In this document: one piece after another, positions 1-13,800 of the stretch
How the letters are laid out: every line of letters begins with the position of its first letter
Numbering within the stretch: the stretch's first letter is position 1
DNA from: Raja brachyura
Taxonomy: Eukaryota
Length of the DNA stretch: 64,000 nucleotides
Direction of reading: 5' to 3'
Assembly: GCA_963514005.1 (NCBI GenBank)
Contig: OY740804.1
Location: forward strand, 5,518,001-5,582,000
Notes under the pieces: generated by a model
Databases searched by the model: none
Told to the model about the DNA's origin: nothing
What the model saw: the letters and a program-made list of their open reading frames with translations, nothing else
Made by a program: the position numbers and the translations under genes

Positions 1-225
1 GATTACGTGCCCTCCACGCCCAACCCTCTCTCATAAAGATCATCTGGTAGTTCTCGAGTCACGCACCTTATGTCACTTCCGTAATTGTTATTTGTGATTT
101 CATACCGCTGCTTTGAAGATTGACGCGCATGCGCACTGGCGGGGTTCTTCACTTAATCACCAACGTAACTCCTCATAAAATCAAGATCAAACTTCAAACT
201 ATAAATTCTCATTTAATCTTACTAT
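1..225 (+). mobile_element. 3' terminus of a second DIRS-like copy
   Basis: Collinear with 32005-32230 (gatcatctggtagttct, gctttgaagattgacgc, aactcctcataaaat, ttaatcttactat). Confidence 0.8.
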
Positions 226-547
226 TGTTGCATATAGACTCAGTGGGTTTCTATGCATGATATACACATTATGTTTCCATGGGCAATAGACAATAGGTGC
301 AGGAGTAGGCCATTCGGCCCTTCGAGTCAGCACCACCATTCACTGTGATCATGGCAGATCATCCACAATTAGTACTCCGTTCCTTTGAAATAATCATCTG
401 ATCTGTATGCATAAAATAACCTTGATGGACATTGACACATTTGATAATAAAGGAACCATAGAATCATTGAAGCAGATTAGTGACGTTGAATTACAGAATT
501 TTGTAAGTTCTCAAGTACTCGGAGAATTCACACTGTGCCGTCTTTAC

Positions 548-594
548 CTGCATTTCATTGTTATATGCTCTGGGAGGTTTGTTCCCCTCTGATT
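548..594 (-). CDS. Receptor A first cytoplasmic exon (KSEGNKPPRAYNNEMQ); last exon lies beyond the window start
   Basis: 47 nt, phase 1-0, ttttccag|AATC...CAG|GTAAA. Same size and ends as the receptor B exon at 16048-16094. Confidence 0.8.
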
Positions 595-2065
595 CTGGAA
601 AACACAATGTTAACATTGAAAGGAGCATGTCAGGGACATTTTTAATCAGCCATCTTGCTGCATATAGAGTAGGAAGGAACTGCAGATGCTGGTTTAAACT
701 GAAGATGGACACAAAATGCTGGTGTAACTCAGTGGAACAGGCAGAACTCTGGAGAGAAGGAATTGATGACGTTTCAGGTTGAGACCCATCTTCAGACCGT
801 TCTCTCCAGAGATGCCTGTCCCGCTGATTTACTCCAGCATCTTGAGTCTATCTTTGGTGTATAACCAGCATCTGCAGTTCCTTCCTACTCTTTGATTCAT
901 GAGAACCACAGGGGCACCACAGGCCCAGTTCACCGCAAGCAGCACAATTCTGGTCAGGTTACTGCACTGAAAGTTCAAAAAGGATCAGATACAACCCTTC
1001 TTGATTAGTAGGGGCTTCCAAGTTTATGGGGAGATGGCAGGAGAATGGAGTTGAGAGGTAAAAAGTGAACACCCACGATTGATTAGCTCATTAATCAATA
1101 ACCCATCAATCTATGCTTTATATACTCAATGGCTTGATCTCCACAACTGTCTGTGACAATAAATTCCATGTGATTCACCACCCTCTGGCTAAAGAAATTC
1201 ATCCTCCACTCATTTCTATCATTCCACCTTTTTATCTGAGGCAATGCCCTCTGGTCCTAGTCTCTCTCACAGGTAGAACAAACCTCTCCACATCCGTTCT
1301 ATCTCATCCTTTCTATATTCCGTAAGTTTCAATGAGGTTCACCTCATCCTTCTAAACTCCAGTGAGTACAGGCCCAGTGCTGTATTTGACTAACTACAGC
1401 AGATTTTTGAGAAATCCTAATCCACACTTTCAAACACAACAGCTAATTTACTGAGATGTGTAGAAAGGAACTGCAGATGCTGACATTTACCGAAGATAGG
1501 CACAAAGTGCTGGAGTAACTCAGAATGAAGAAGGGTCCCAACCCGAAACTTCACTATTCCTTCTTCTCCAGAGATGCCACCTGACCTGTTTTTTACTCCA
1601 GCATTGTGTTTATCTAGCTAATTAGCCAAATTCCAGTTTTTGATAACTGGGAGGGTGGGGTGCAAGTAAATCTCACGTCTCCTCAACCTCTTCGTTCTAG
1701 TGCCATGGATCACGGACAAGTATTCACATACAAGGAATTTGCCTTGGTGCTCTGCCCGCAAGTGACAACGACAAACAGTGACAGTTAGGAATGACTGTTA
1801 AGAATGATAGTTTACACCAAAGATAGATACAAAGTAATAACTCAGTGGATCAGGCAGCATCTCTGGACGAAAAGGGTGGGTGACATTTCAGGCCGGGTCC
1901 CTTCTTCAGACTGGATAAGATTATTGTCGGACTAGAATAAAGAGATGGTTGATAATCAGCATGAAGTCGATGAGCCAAAGGGCCTGTTTCCGTGCTGTAT
2001 CTCCCACTCTCTGCAGGAAATTATCACATACATCATGAAAGGATGAAGGCAACATAGAAACTCAC

Positions 2066-2151
2066 TCCTTTGTCTACACTTTAGGCACCAAAGTAGACCA
2101 GCAACGATCACCAGGAGAAGAACTCCGGCAATACCGAGCCAAATTATGGGT
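2066..2151 (-). CDS. Receptor A transmembrane exon (PIIWLGIAGVLLLVIVAGLLWCLKCRQR), uncharged TM
   Basis: Phase 2-1, hydrophobic run then basic stop-transfer residues, donor GTGAGT. Confidence 0.88.
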
Positions 2152-2829
2152 CTATGGGACAGAAAAAGCAAAAAGGTTACACGTGTTTCATCATTGATTC
2201 TTATCCTTTGGTAAAGAACAAAAGTCTAACATCTGCAAGGTATCTTTCATGAGCTCAGGATAAGTCAAGCCCAGTGAATGGAGTGCAGACATTGCTATAA
2301 TGTGGTAAACACCAAAGCCAATCTACCCACAGCAAGTTCCACAAACAACAGTGCGATAACGACCAATGATTGTTTATGTTGGATAAAGAATAAACCCAAC
2401 TCAACCCAACAGTAGGGCAGCATGGAGTTGCTGCCTTACAGCTCCAGAGACCCAGGTTCAATCCAGACGACAGGTGCTATCTGTAAGGAGTTTTCATATT
2501 CTCCCTGTGATGAAGTGGGTTTACTCCAGTTGCTCCGGTTTTCTCCCTTATCACAAAAACGTGCGGGTTTGTGGGTTAATTGGCCTTGGTAAATTGCCCT
2601 TAATTTGTCGCGAGTGGATGAAAAAGCGGGATAACATAGATCTAATATGAAAGGATTTGTTTCCATGCTGTATCTCGAAACTAAAGTACAACTAAACTAA
2701 TTGTGTGTGAGATCTGGCCAGTGGCAATGTCAGTGGTAGATATATCTGCCGATTGGTTTACAAATACTCACAGCTTACAGATTTACAAAGGAAACACCCC
2801 TTGTTCAAAACCAGTGGACAGTCAATAAG

Positions 2830-3670
2830 TGTAGGAAGGAACTACAGATGCTGGTTTAAATCAAAGATAGACACAACATGCTGGAGTAACTCAACGGGGG
2901 AGGCAGCATCTCTGGAGAGAAGGAGTGGATGATGTTTGGGATTGAGACCCTTCTTCAGGGGAGAAGGAGAGACAGAGATAAGGAAGTGTAAGGTGTGAAA
3001 ATGAAACAAAGGGGGTGGTGATCACGGAAAATGTAGAATCGATCAGTGTTAGCTGGGAGACAGTAACAACAAAGTAAACAACGATAAAATATAATCGGGC
3101 ACAGTCAGACTGGTCGGAGTACTGGAAAAGGAGTGGGATCGAGAGTCAGAGAAAGCAAAGGTTACTTGTAGTTGGAGAAGTCAATATTCATACAGCTGGG
3201 GTGTAAGCTGCCCAATATGAGGTGCTGTTGCCCCTAATTTGCGCTGGGCCTCACTCTGATAAAGGAGGAGGCCCAGGACAGAAATGTAAGCGTGGGAATG
3301 GGAGGGGGAGTTAAAGTGTTTCCCACTGGGCGATCAGGTAGGTTTAGGCGGACTGAGCGAAGGAGGTCAGTGAAACGATCGGCAAGCCTGTGCTTGTTCT
3401 TGCCGATATATAGGAGTCCACACCTGCAACTGTAGATGAGGAGCTGCAAGTGAACATCTGCCTCACCTGAAAAAACTGTCAGGATCCTTGGACGGATTCG
3501 TGGGGGGAGATATATGGACATGTGTTGCATCTCCTGCAGCTGCAGGTGAAAGTACCTGGGGAGGGGTAGTTTGGGTGAGAAGGGATGAGTTAACCAGGGA
3601 GATGCAGAGGCAACGGTCTCTGCAGGAAGCAGAAAAGGGTGGAGATGGGAAGATGTGGCTAGTGGTGGGT
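2830..3670 (-). mobile_element. Penelope-like element 3' fragment (GIY-YIG endonuclease and terminal repeat)
   Basis: LIYSCRCGLLYIGKNKHRLADRF, followed by a hammerhead-type terminal repeat. Confidence 0.82.
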
Positions 3671-4189
3671 GTCAATGTCCTGCCAAGTTTAACACTGTTT
3701 TGAGCATTGACTGTTGTTTCTTTAATTTAGTTTAGTTTATTATTGTCACGTGTATCGAGGTACAGTGGAAAGCTTTTTGTTGTGTGTTATCCGGTCAGCG
3801 GAAAGACTATACACGATTACAATCAAGCTGTCACAGCATACAGATTCGGATAAAGGGTATAATGTTTAGTGCAAGATAGAGTCCAATAAAGTCTGATTAA
3901 AGATAGTTGGAAAGTCTCCAATGAGGTAGATGGGAGGTGAGGATCGCTCTCTAGCTGGTGAGAGGATGGTTCAGTTGCTTGATAACTGCTGGGAAGAAAA
4001 TGTCCCTGACCTCCATACTTCTTGCCTGATGGGAGAGGGGAGAAGAGGGAGTGACCGGTGTGAGTGGTCCTTGATTATGCCTCTCAGACATTGTAAGACA
4101 GCAACTCTACTGCTGCACCACCATTCCACCCTCGACAACCTAGAGTTACTCCAGTACTTTGTATTGTGCTCAAGGTTGAAGCATCCAGC

Positions 4190-4690
4190 GAGGTTAATTC
4201 CCGGCGTGGCGGGACTGTCATATGATGAAAGAATGGAGCAACTGGGCTTGTAGTCACAGGAATTTAGAACAATGAGAAGGAATCGTATAGACACATATAA
4301 AATTATTAAGGGATTGGACACGCGAGATGCAAGAAACATGTTCCCGATGTTGGGGGTGTCCAGAACTAGGGTCCACAGTTTAAGAATAAGGGGTAGGTCA
4401 TTTAGAACTGAGATGAGGAAAACCTTTTCACCCAGAGAGGTGTGAATCTGTGGAATTCTTTGCCTCAGAAGGCAGAGCAAGCCGATTCACTGGATATATT
4501 CAAAAGAGAGTTAGATAGGGCGAGCGGAATCAAGGGATATTAGGACAAGGCAGGAACAGGGACAAGGCAGGAACAGGGAACATTGGGGATGACAGGCCAT
4601 GATCACATTGAATGGTGATGCTGGTTCGAAGGGCTGAATGGCCTACTCCTGCACCTATTGTCTATCTATCTATGTATCTATGTATGTATC
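4190..4690 (+). mobile_element. CR1 3' fragment
   Basis: RLIPGVAGLSYDERM, conserved CR1 3' UTR, (tatc/tatg)n tail. Confidence 0.88.
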
Positions 4691-4764
4691 AACAATTCCT
4701 TGTGTCTCCACCTCTCATATTGAAAAGCAAGGCCAATGAAAACTTGAGCAAGTGAAAATTATAC

Positions 4765-4867
4765 CTGTTAGGGAAACTGGGCGCAGTGGTTTCCGGATGA
4801 TTGGGTGTTACTTTTGTATTTGAAGTAAATGCTACTGTTGTAAACAATCCTGGATTAGATTTACGTT
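4765..4867 (-). CDS. Receptor A Ser/Thr/Pro-rich stalk exon (ERKSNPGLFTTVAFTSNTKVTPNHPETTAPSFPNR)
   Basis: Pyrimidine-rich acceptor, donor AG|GTATAA. Phase 1-2 joins V to TM in frame. Confidence 0.82.
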
Positions 4868-5982
4868 CTGTTGAGAAAAGGAAATAAAAGACAATTAAAG
4901 AGAGACAAAATATGCTGGAGTGACTCAGCGGGACAGGCAGCATCTCTGGAGAGAAGGAATGGGTGAAGTTTCGGGTCTGAGGATGGGTCTCGGGCCGAAA
5001 TGTCACCCATTCCTTCCCTCCAGAGACGCTGCCTGTCCCGCTGAGTTACTCCAGCATTTCAAGTTCAAGTTCAAGTCCAATTAAGATACAGTGATATTTG
5101 AGTTATCATACAGCCATACAAGTTTAAAAAAATAACGCAATACACAACAGTTTTACCATAAACATCCACCACAGTGGAATCAACATTCCTCACTGTGATG
5201 GAAGGCAATAAAGTTCAGTCATCTTCCTCTTTTGTTCACCCGTGGTGGTCGGGGCCTTGAACGCTCAGCACTGCCTCTGCCGACGGCCCGATGTTCAAGC
5301 CTTCTCATCGGGATGATGGAGACTCCGGCGTCAGGGCGGAACGGAAACACTCTGCATCATGGATCTACCGAGTCGGCCTTTTCTTACCGGAGACCGCGGC
5401 TTCACGGTGTTAAAGTCCACAAGCCCCACGGTCGGAGAGCATCCACAGCGATCCTCGGCAAAGGATCGCAGCTGCGCGATGTTAAAGTCCGCGCCGCGCT
5501 TGCGGCTTGAAGCTCCAGGCCGGCCTCCAGGAAAGGCCGCATCCATCCAGTTGTAGACCGCGTGGAGGGGACGGAGACGCGACACGGGGAAAGATCACAT
5601 CTGCGTTGTGGTAAGTGACTGAAAACGGTTTCCCCCTATTTCCCCCCTCCCCCCACATAAAAAGATACCGAGAAACATTGAAACATACATTTCAGACACA
5701 CTAATGATAACAAAAAAGTCAAAATAACACATAGGCTTTGGCGAGGTTGCCATCTCGGCGCCACCCAGTGAGCCATCTATCTTCTCTATCGATTTTGTGT
5801 CTCTCTTCGATTAAAACAGCATCGGCAGTTCTTTCCTACACAATAAAAGACAATTCCCTGTTTGCCGTTTCGATATTATTCAAGATCTGGGGCATCATCT
5901 GTAAACTGCCAGGAGGGGTAAGAATGTAATTCGGCCAAAGTCATAGGGATCCCGGCACTGATCCCTATGGTACATCATTTAG

Positions 5983-6180
5983 GGCGGCACGGTGGCGCAA
6001 CTGTAGAATTGCTGCCTTACAGCGCCAGGGAACCGGGTTCGATCCTGACCATGGGGGCTTGTGTGTCTGGAGTTTGTACGTTCTCCCCGTAACCTGCGTG
6101 GGTTTTCACTGAAAACTTCGGTTTCGTCCCACACTCCAAAGACGTACAGGTTTACAGGTTAATTGGCTTGGTATAAATGT
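5983..6180 (+). mobile_element. tRNA-derived V-SINE (HE1-like)
   Basis: A box ggtggcgcaa, B box ggttcgatcc, core gagtttgtacgttctccccgt. Other copies near 2415, 7408, 9445, 11270, 12215, 12600 and 18780. Confidence 0.8.
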
Positions 6181-6189
6181 AAAACGTAC

Positions 6190-6510
6190 CTTCAGATACT
6201 TGGAGATGAACGTTAAACAATGTATCAAAGCCAGAGGTAGCAATTCCACAGCTGTACCATCCTGTATCTCCAGAGTGAAGATCCTCCACAGTCACCGTAA
6301 ATGTTCTTCGTGTCGAGTTATCTGTGATTAACACTCTTCCCTTCCGTCTGTGTTGTCCAATTGTTTTTACTACAATTGAACACCAGTGACTCCACCCATG
6401 ACACAAGTATTTTGTGTGTGAGTGGTACCGTGATTCATAGTGACAATCGATTGTGATATTTTTTCCCACAACTCCTCTTACAGATTTCTTTGCCCACAGA
6501 GCACCTGAAA
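6190..6510 (-). CDS. Receptor A V-set Ig exon (CD300/pIgR-like)
   Basis: 321 nt, phase 1-1. Motifs IDCHY, KYLC-x6-C (extra C-C' cysteines), FTVTVEDL, DTGWYSC. AG/GT ends. Confidence 0.93.
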
Positions 6511-8064
6511 CTGAGAGGAAAAATCGTCAGAAAATGTACAGGACAAATCTACTGAACGCAGCGTTTGCTGGCCCACCCACTCTTCCTCTAACCAACGATG
6601 GGCCGAATGGTCCAACCCGTGTGTGGACATTCACTTACCCTTGAGCCAAACACAAAGTGCCGGTGTAACTCACTAGATCTGCCAGCATCTGTGGAGGGAA
6701 TGGTCTGGCGACGTGACGGGTTGGGACCCTTCTTCAGACTGATTAATGAAGGGTGGGGAAAGCTGGCAGAGAGGTGGAGATGGGATAAAGCCTGGCAAGT
6801 GACAGGTGGAAGGTAGACGCAAAATGCTGGAGTAACTCAGTGGGACAGGCAGCACAACAAGTGGATACAGATGAGGGGGAATTTTGACTGGTTCACGAGT
6901 GGACAAAGACTGGAGGTGAAAAGCGTTCAAAAGGTTGTCAGATAAGGAGAGAAGAGAAGCGAAATTTAAAGACAGAGGGAGGGATATATTTGGTAGGGGA
7001 CAGGGGGGAAAGGGAGGTAGAGGCATGGGTGAAATGGCTGCACATCTGGGTGGGGCCGGCACAGAAAAGTGAGAGAGGGTAGTGTTATGTACAATTGGAG
7101 AATTCAATGATCATAAGGCTTTTTTATTGATTGAAAAATACAGCATGGAAACACTCACTTTTGCCCACCGAGTCCACACTGACCACCTCTTCACACTAAA
7201 GATAGACACAAGATGCTGGAGTAACTCAACGGGTCAGGCAGCATCTCTGGAGAAATAGAATACGTGATGTTTCGGGATTGGGACCCTTCTTCAGACACCC
7301 TTCTCCAGAGTTGCTGCCTGACCCGCTGAGTTACTCCAGCACTTTGTTTCTATATTTGGTACAAACCAGCACCTGCAGTTCTTTGGCCCTAACTGTTTAC
7401 ACTAGTTGGGCAGCACAGTAGCGCAGCAGAAGAGTGGCTGAGACCCGGGTTTGATCCTGACTACGGATGCTGCCTGTACAGAATTTGTACGTTCTCCCTG
7501 TGACAGCATGGGTTTTGCCTGGGTGCTCTGGTTTCCTCGTTAATTGGCTTCTGTAAATTAACCCAAGGGTGTAGGATAGAAATGGTGCACGGGTAATCAT
7601 TGGTCGGCTTGGACATAGTGGGCCGAAGGGCCTGTTCCTGGCTGTATCTCTAAAACTAACTAATTGTCTGTTGCATTTAATGAGCTGTTAGAATATTCTC
7701 CAAGGTCCTTCTGTTCCTCCACACTCCCTCAACATCCATTTATTAATGTCTTATTTAGATCGCTTTGTCAAATGTAATTCCTCTCACTTCTCTGGATTAA
7801 ACTGTCTTTGCCACTTTTCTGCCCTACTGATTTGTCCATCCATATCATAGAATCATAGAAAATAGATGCAGGAGGAGGCCATTCGGCCCTTCAAGCCTGC
7901 ACCGCCATTCAATATGATCATGGCTGATCATCCACCCTGTGGTCAAAAGCCTTCTCCTCCCTGACAACCATACAGGTGACCATAGTCTCATCTGCAGAGG
8001 ACTTCACCATGCCCCCTACATTATCTACATAGATAATTCTTGCTATTGAGGCATGTCGGTTTCC

Positions 8065-8497
8065 AAGGTTAATTCCCGGGATGGCGGGACTGTCATATGC
8101 TGAGAGAATGCAGCGGCTGGTCTTGTATGCTCTGGAATTTAGAAGGATGAGAGGGGATCTTATTGAAACATGTAAGATTATGAAGGGTTTGGACATGCTA
8201 GAGGCAGGAAACATGTTCCCGATGTTTGGGGAGTCCAGAACCAGGGGCCACAGTTTAAGAATTAGGGGTAAGCCAGTTAGAACGGAGACGAGGAAACACA
8301 GAGAGTTGTGCGTATGTGGAATTCTCTGCCTCAGAGGGCGTTGGAGGCCCATTCTCTGGAAACTTTCAAGAGAGTCAGGGGATATGGGGAGAAGGCAGGA
8401 ACGGGATACTAATTGGGGATGATCAAGCATGATCACATTCAATGGCGGTGCTGGCTCGAAGGGCCGAATAGCCTTTTCCTGCACCTGTTGTCTATTG
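8065..8497 (+). mobile_element. CR1 3' fragment
   Basis: GLSYAERM...RRMRGDLIE...RTRGHSL, followed by CR1 3' UTR. Confidence 0.88.
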
Positions 8498-10819
8498 ATG
8501 AGTTCTGAGGCATGTGGATCCCTACAACAACCTTATCCCCCAAATGCACGTGTATTGTGGGCCTGTTTTAAGGAGGGTAAACCTTATTTATGGGTAATAT
8601 TTGCCATCTTCCCAATCTATAAACTAGGAAATAATCACCTACACTTCACGCTGCCTTGCAAGGCCACCAGCATAATCATGGAGCAGTTTCATCCCAGTCA
8701 CTCCTTCTTTACCTGTCTACCATTAGGCATGGGGGACAGAAGTTTAACCCAATGCTCTAGATTCAGAGACAGTTTTCTTCCCAACTGTTATCACCCAACT
8801 GACCCATCCTCTCACTAGCCAGAACGCAGTCCTGACCTCCTATTTACCCCCTGGAACGAACAATAATTGGACTTCATTGGACTAAACTAAACTAAACTAG
8901 TAAAGCAATGATCCTAGATTACCTGTTAAAGAAGGAACTGCAGATGCTGGAGAATCGAGGGTTACACAAAAAGCTGCAGAAACTCAGCGGGTGCAGCAGC
9001 ATCTAAGGGGCGAAGGAGATAGGCGACGTTTCGGGTCGAGACCCTTCTTCAGACTGGTCCAAGATTACCTGAAGTGACCTTGTGAATGAAGACAGTCAAT
9101 GTTGGCCTTCACCCATGCATCTAAGCATCAGCGGTAATATTTTTTAAAAAATAACTTGGTAACAAGAAATTATTAATATTGCATGCTGATGACTTTGACA
9201 AATATGCATAGTTGAAGTCCAAGAACAAGAAGGAAATGGCTACTTTTTGCAAGAGCAACCCTCAGCCCAAGAGGAACTGAGACATCAACTAATTTAATAT
9301 CTGAACTTTAAATAAGAGGAACTGTTGTAAAATGGAAACAATTGTTTTGGCATTATTGCTTGGCTGCTGTTAGTGAGTGCAAGCAAGCAATGAAACAATG
9401 TTTTATGAATAGAAAGGATGCCTTTGCACTTTGACACTGTTACTTTAGTTTAGTTTAGATTTAGATAGTATAAGATAGAGCATGGAAACTGGCCCTTTAG
9501 CCGAACGTGACCGTTCTGACCTGTTATCTTGCACACTAGGGACAATTTACATGGTCCTTATTCCCTATTTATAGAGGCCAATTAACCTACAAACCTGTGC
9601 GTCTTTGGGAAACCAGAGGACTGGGAAAAAACCCATGCGGTCACAGGGAGAAAGTCCAAACTCCGTACAGACAGACCCCTTAGTCAGGATCGAACCCAGG
9701 TCTCTGGAACTGTGAGGCACTGCTGTGTCACTGTCCCTCCCACTTGTAATTGACCCTGTTCTTCCATTCACAGTCGGTTTGTGCTTTCAGATACATTGGC
9801 GGCCATGATTTATGTGTGGCACAGTGATAGAGACAGGAGGAGATTGGAAGACCACACTTTAATATTGAGGCAAAAGAGATTGCAGATGCTGGAATCTGGA
9901 ACAACAAACAGCACACTGGAAGGAATCAATGGGTTATGGAGGTTTGAAGGCAAAAAAGTGCAAGTCGTTCTTTCAGATCGAGAACCTGCATCAGGACTGA
10001 GAGAAGACAGAGATGTTTGTCAGCTTATAGATGTACTAAAGGGTGGGAGGGTCAGGGCTGGTTGAGGAAGATGGAACTGGATGAAGGGGATGTGTTTGAT
10101 AGAGAATACATAAGCAGAACATGAGATGTTGATTGATAGTTCAAAACTCAATGGTACAAACATTACATTTTCCAATTTGGGGTAATTCACACCCTCTGGT
10201 GGTCTCCTCCCACACAAGCCCACCTGCCGATCCTGATTCAACCTTTCCTGCCTCCCTTCTCAGTCCCAATATAGGGTCCTCTTCGCATTCACAGATACTG
10301 ACTGACCCGCTGAGTTCTTCTTTCTTGTTCCAACCCCAATATGTTCAGTTATCTTTACATCTGCAAGCATTTAACTATTTGCACTGCAGAAATGGTGCAC
10401 AAGACCCAAGTGAATTCTGATCACCAAAATGAAAATCAAAATAAAACTACGAAGGTTAAAAAATCAAACACAAAAACAAAAAAGTAATCAGATGGTCAGG
10501 CTGCATCTGTGGGGAGAGAGGTTTTAGGTCAAAGGATCTCTGATCTGAAAGGATAACTCTTTTTCACTGCACACCTGCTAAGTATTTCCAGCATATGTAA
10601 AGGAAGTAACTGCAGATGCTGGTTTACACCGAAGATAGACACAAAATGCTGGAGTAACTCGGAGGGACAGGCAGCATCTCTGGATAGAAGGTATAGGTGA
10701 CATTTCGGGTTGAGACTTTCCTTCAGCATGTCCCGCTGAGTTACTCCAGCACTTTGTGACTATCTCGTACTTCCCGTAGAGTCTGGTCACATGAACGTCC
10801 AAATCAAGCTGTTACTTAC

Positions 10820-10856
10820 CGGGCAGGGAATAAATGAGTAGAATTGGAATCCACAT
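10820..10856 (-). CDS. Receptor A exon 1, leader peptide MWIPILLIYSLP
   Basis: ATG at 10856, 37 nt, donor CCG|GTAAGT, phase 1. Homologous to three other leader exons in the window. Confidence 0.9.
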
Positions 10857-13800
10857 CGTCTTATCCAAGGAGACCATGTTAGCACTGATCTGCTGCTCAG
10901 CTCTTAGTCCCCAGACTGAACGGTCTGACAAATATGACATGTATTAAGAATGAGGAAGCAGGGAACAGGGAGCCTGATTGTGAAACCAGAATGAGACTGC
11001 TGATAAAATCTGAAACTTTAGAATTTGAAGTTGTCTCAGTTAAATTTAGTTCTGTTTAGTTTAGTAAACAGGCCCTTCGGCCCACCGACTCCATGCCGAT
11101 CAGCAATCCTCGCACATTAACGCTATCCTACACACACCAGGGACAATTTTTTACGTTCACCAAGCCAATTTACCTACATACCTGTATGTCTTTGGAGTGT
11201 AAAATAAAAGTAATCCAATTTTCATTGACTGATGAAAATAGTCCAGCCTTTTATTAATTTATTTTTTACTTTTAGAGATACAGTGTGGAAACAGGGCCTT
11301 CAACCCACCGAGTCCGCACCGACCAGCAATCACCCCGTATACACTAGCACTATCCTACACTTTAGACACAATTTACAATTTTTCTTACCAAAGTCAATCA
11401 ACCTACAAACCTGTTCGTCTTTGGGATGTGGGAGGAAACCAGAGCACCGGGAGGAAACCCATGTAGTCACAGGGAGAACGTACCAACTCTGCAGACAGCA
11501 ACCGTAGTCAGCATCGAATCCAGGTCTCTGGCGCTGTGAGGCAGCAGCTCTACCGCTGCTCCACTGTCCCACCCTAACAGTCAAGCCAAGCCAAGCCAAA
11601 TTTATTGTGATGTGCACAAGAACAGCGAGGCACAGGTACAATGAAAATCTTACTTTCAGCGACATCACAGGCACATATCAAAAAAATGTTTTAAAAAAAG
11701 CTAAATTCAACATAAATTCACTCTTGCTGTTGTTAATCTCGCAGCAATTAATCGCATGCTTACTGCAGGTACAGCTCTGTGGAATGTCAGTAAACCAGAC
11801 TACATAAAGCTTGGATAGACACAAAATGCTGGAGTAACTCAGCAGGACAGGCAGCAACTCTGGAGAGAAGGAATCTCCAGAGCTGCTGCCGGTCCTGCTG
11901 AGTTACTCCAGCATGTTGTGTCTATCTTTGATTAAAACCATCATCTGCAGTTCCTTTATACACATAAAGCTTGGATTATATTTAACTCGTGGCTGAAGGC
12001 CTGTGCTAACGATCCTTCTCATATTTAAGACAGTCTCCCATGTATTATTCTTTCATCACACTGTCTCATCCTATCTGTTACTGAAATTCATATCGAGTGT
12101 GTTGGCTGTTCCAGTGGTCTCTCGTGTAAGTTATCATCTTCCTCCCACCAAAAATTTAAGATCATCCAAATATCAGAATGCACACTAAACTGCACTCGGT
12201 AAACTCATTTATGGGGCGATACAGCATGGAAAAGGCCCTTCGGAACACAGAGTCCACAGCAGCCACTTTCGCATCCGCTCCCTACACACAAGGATGAATT
12301 TGCAGAGAGCCAATTTCCCTACAAACCCACACATCGTAGGGATGTGGGAGGAAATCCGTGCATCCAAAAGAAACGAACATTGTCACAGGGAGAACGTGCT
12401 AACTCCACACAGATAGCACCCAAGGTCAGGATCGAACCCGGAACTCCGATGCTATGAGGCAGCGGCTCTACCTGCTGTGCTAACGTGTGATTGTCTGACA
12501 TATCCTTCAACTTACCTTGCTGGCATGAACAAGGATTGAACCCTGGTTAGCAGCATGGGAGCTGCATGCTTGCAACCTGGCAAGCATGGAAACAGGCTTT
12601 TCGGCCCATACAGCATGGAAACAGGCTTTTCGGCCCACTGAGACTGCTCCAACCAGTGTTCACCCCATATACAATTTACCGTGCAAATTAACCTACAAAC
12701 CTGGAATGTGGGAGGAAACCGGAGCACCCAGAGAAAACCCATGCGGACACAGGGAGAACATACAAACTCCATACAGACAGCACCTGTCAGCATCAAACCT
12801 GGGTCTCTGGCGCTTTAAGGCAACAACTCTACCGCTGTGCCACTGTGTTCTACCTGAAACCCACTGACTTGCCAAGGCAAGGTGCTCTCCCTGAGCTAAC
12901 ATTCTTATACATGTTCTTACTGAATACTTCAGAACCAGGGAACATAGTTCGAGAACCAGAGGACATTGGTTTAAGGTGAGGGGAAAGATTTAATAGGAAC
13001 CTGAGGGAATCTGGACAGGATAGGTTTACAGAGATAATGGCCAAATTTCTTTAGTCAGAGGGTGGTGAATTTGTGGAATTTATTTCAACAGACGGCAGTG
13101 GAAGCCAAGTCAATTAATATTTTTTAGGCAGTGATTGACAGATTCCTGATTAGTGGGAGTGTCAGAGGTTACGGGGGGGAAGGCAGGAGAAGATAGATCA
13201 GCCATGATTGAATGGCAAACTTGATGGGCCGAAAGGTCTAATTCTGCACTTAGAACTTATTTACTTATGAACATTATATGTTTGTGGGTTTCTGTTGCAG
13301 TCATATTCTGAGAAAAGTAACACCAGTCTGAAGTAGGGTCATGACCTGAAATGTCATCTGTCCATTTCCTTTCCCAGACGTTGTTTGAAGGTTTTTTTTT
13401 GTGTTTAGCTCAACTGCTCATATTAACAGGAAGCACGTTGAGCACAGCCAGATGCAGCTCACACTCAATGTTTCATTCCATCGCAAGTTGGCCTTTGATG
13501 TGTTTGTACATTGACTGGAAATGTGTTCAAAACAAATAAATGTGTATTGTTGGGTGAACAAGTTAATGAACAAATATATCAGGCCCCATTCGGTCCTTCA
13601 AAACCACACCATGCATTAAAATCATAGCTTATCCTTTATCATGTCAATATCCAGTAATAGTTCTATTTCCATAGATCCTTTAATATCTAAGAAACAATTG
13701 TTCCCAGGCTAGATTGTATTGGAGTCATAGAGTCAAACAATGCAGAAACAGGCCCTTCGGACCAACTTACCCCTCCTCACTGCGCCTGGACAATTGAGCC

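Noticed and set aside
900-975. Possible short terminal exon of receptor A (tttcag|TGCAGTAA)
   Set aside because: The exon at 548-594 fits the phase and is homologous to B's cytoplasmic exon, so it is the better continuation.
5060-5770. GC-rich island with short ORFs in the receptor A intron
   Set aside because: It has a (caagtt)n tail and looks like a non-LTR retroelement derivative. The family could not be assigned and there is no coding signal.
5983-6050. tRNA-like A and B boxes
   Set aside because: These are SINE heads followed by the V core, not tRNA genes.
6190-6510. V exons as rearranging Ig, TCR or NAR segments
   Set aside because: Each exon already includes the G strand and ends in a splice donor. 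No heptamer/nonamer signals or J segments were seen, and the Cys pattern is CD300/pIgR-type.
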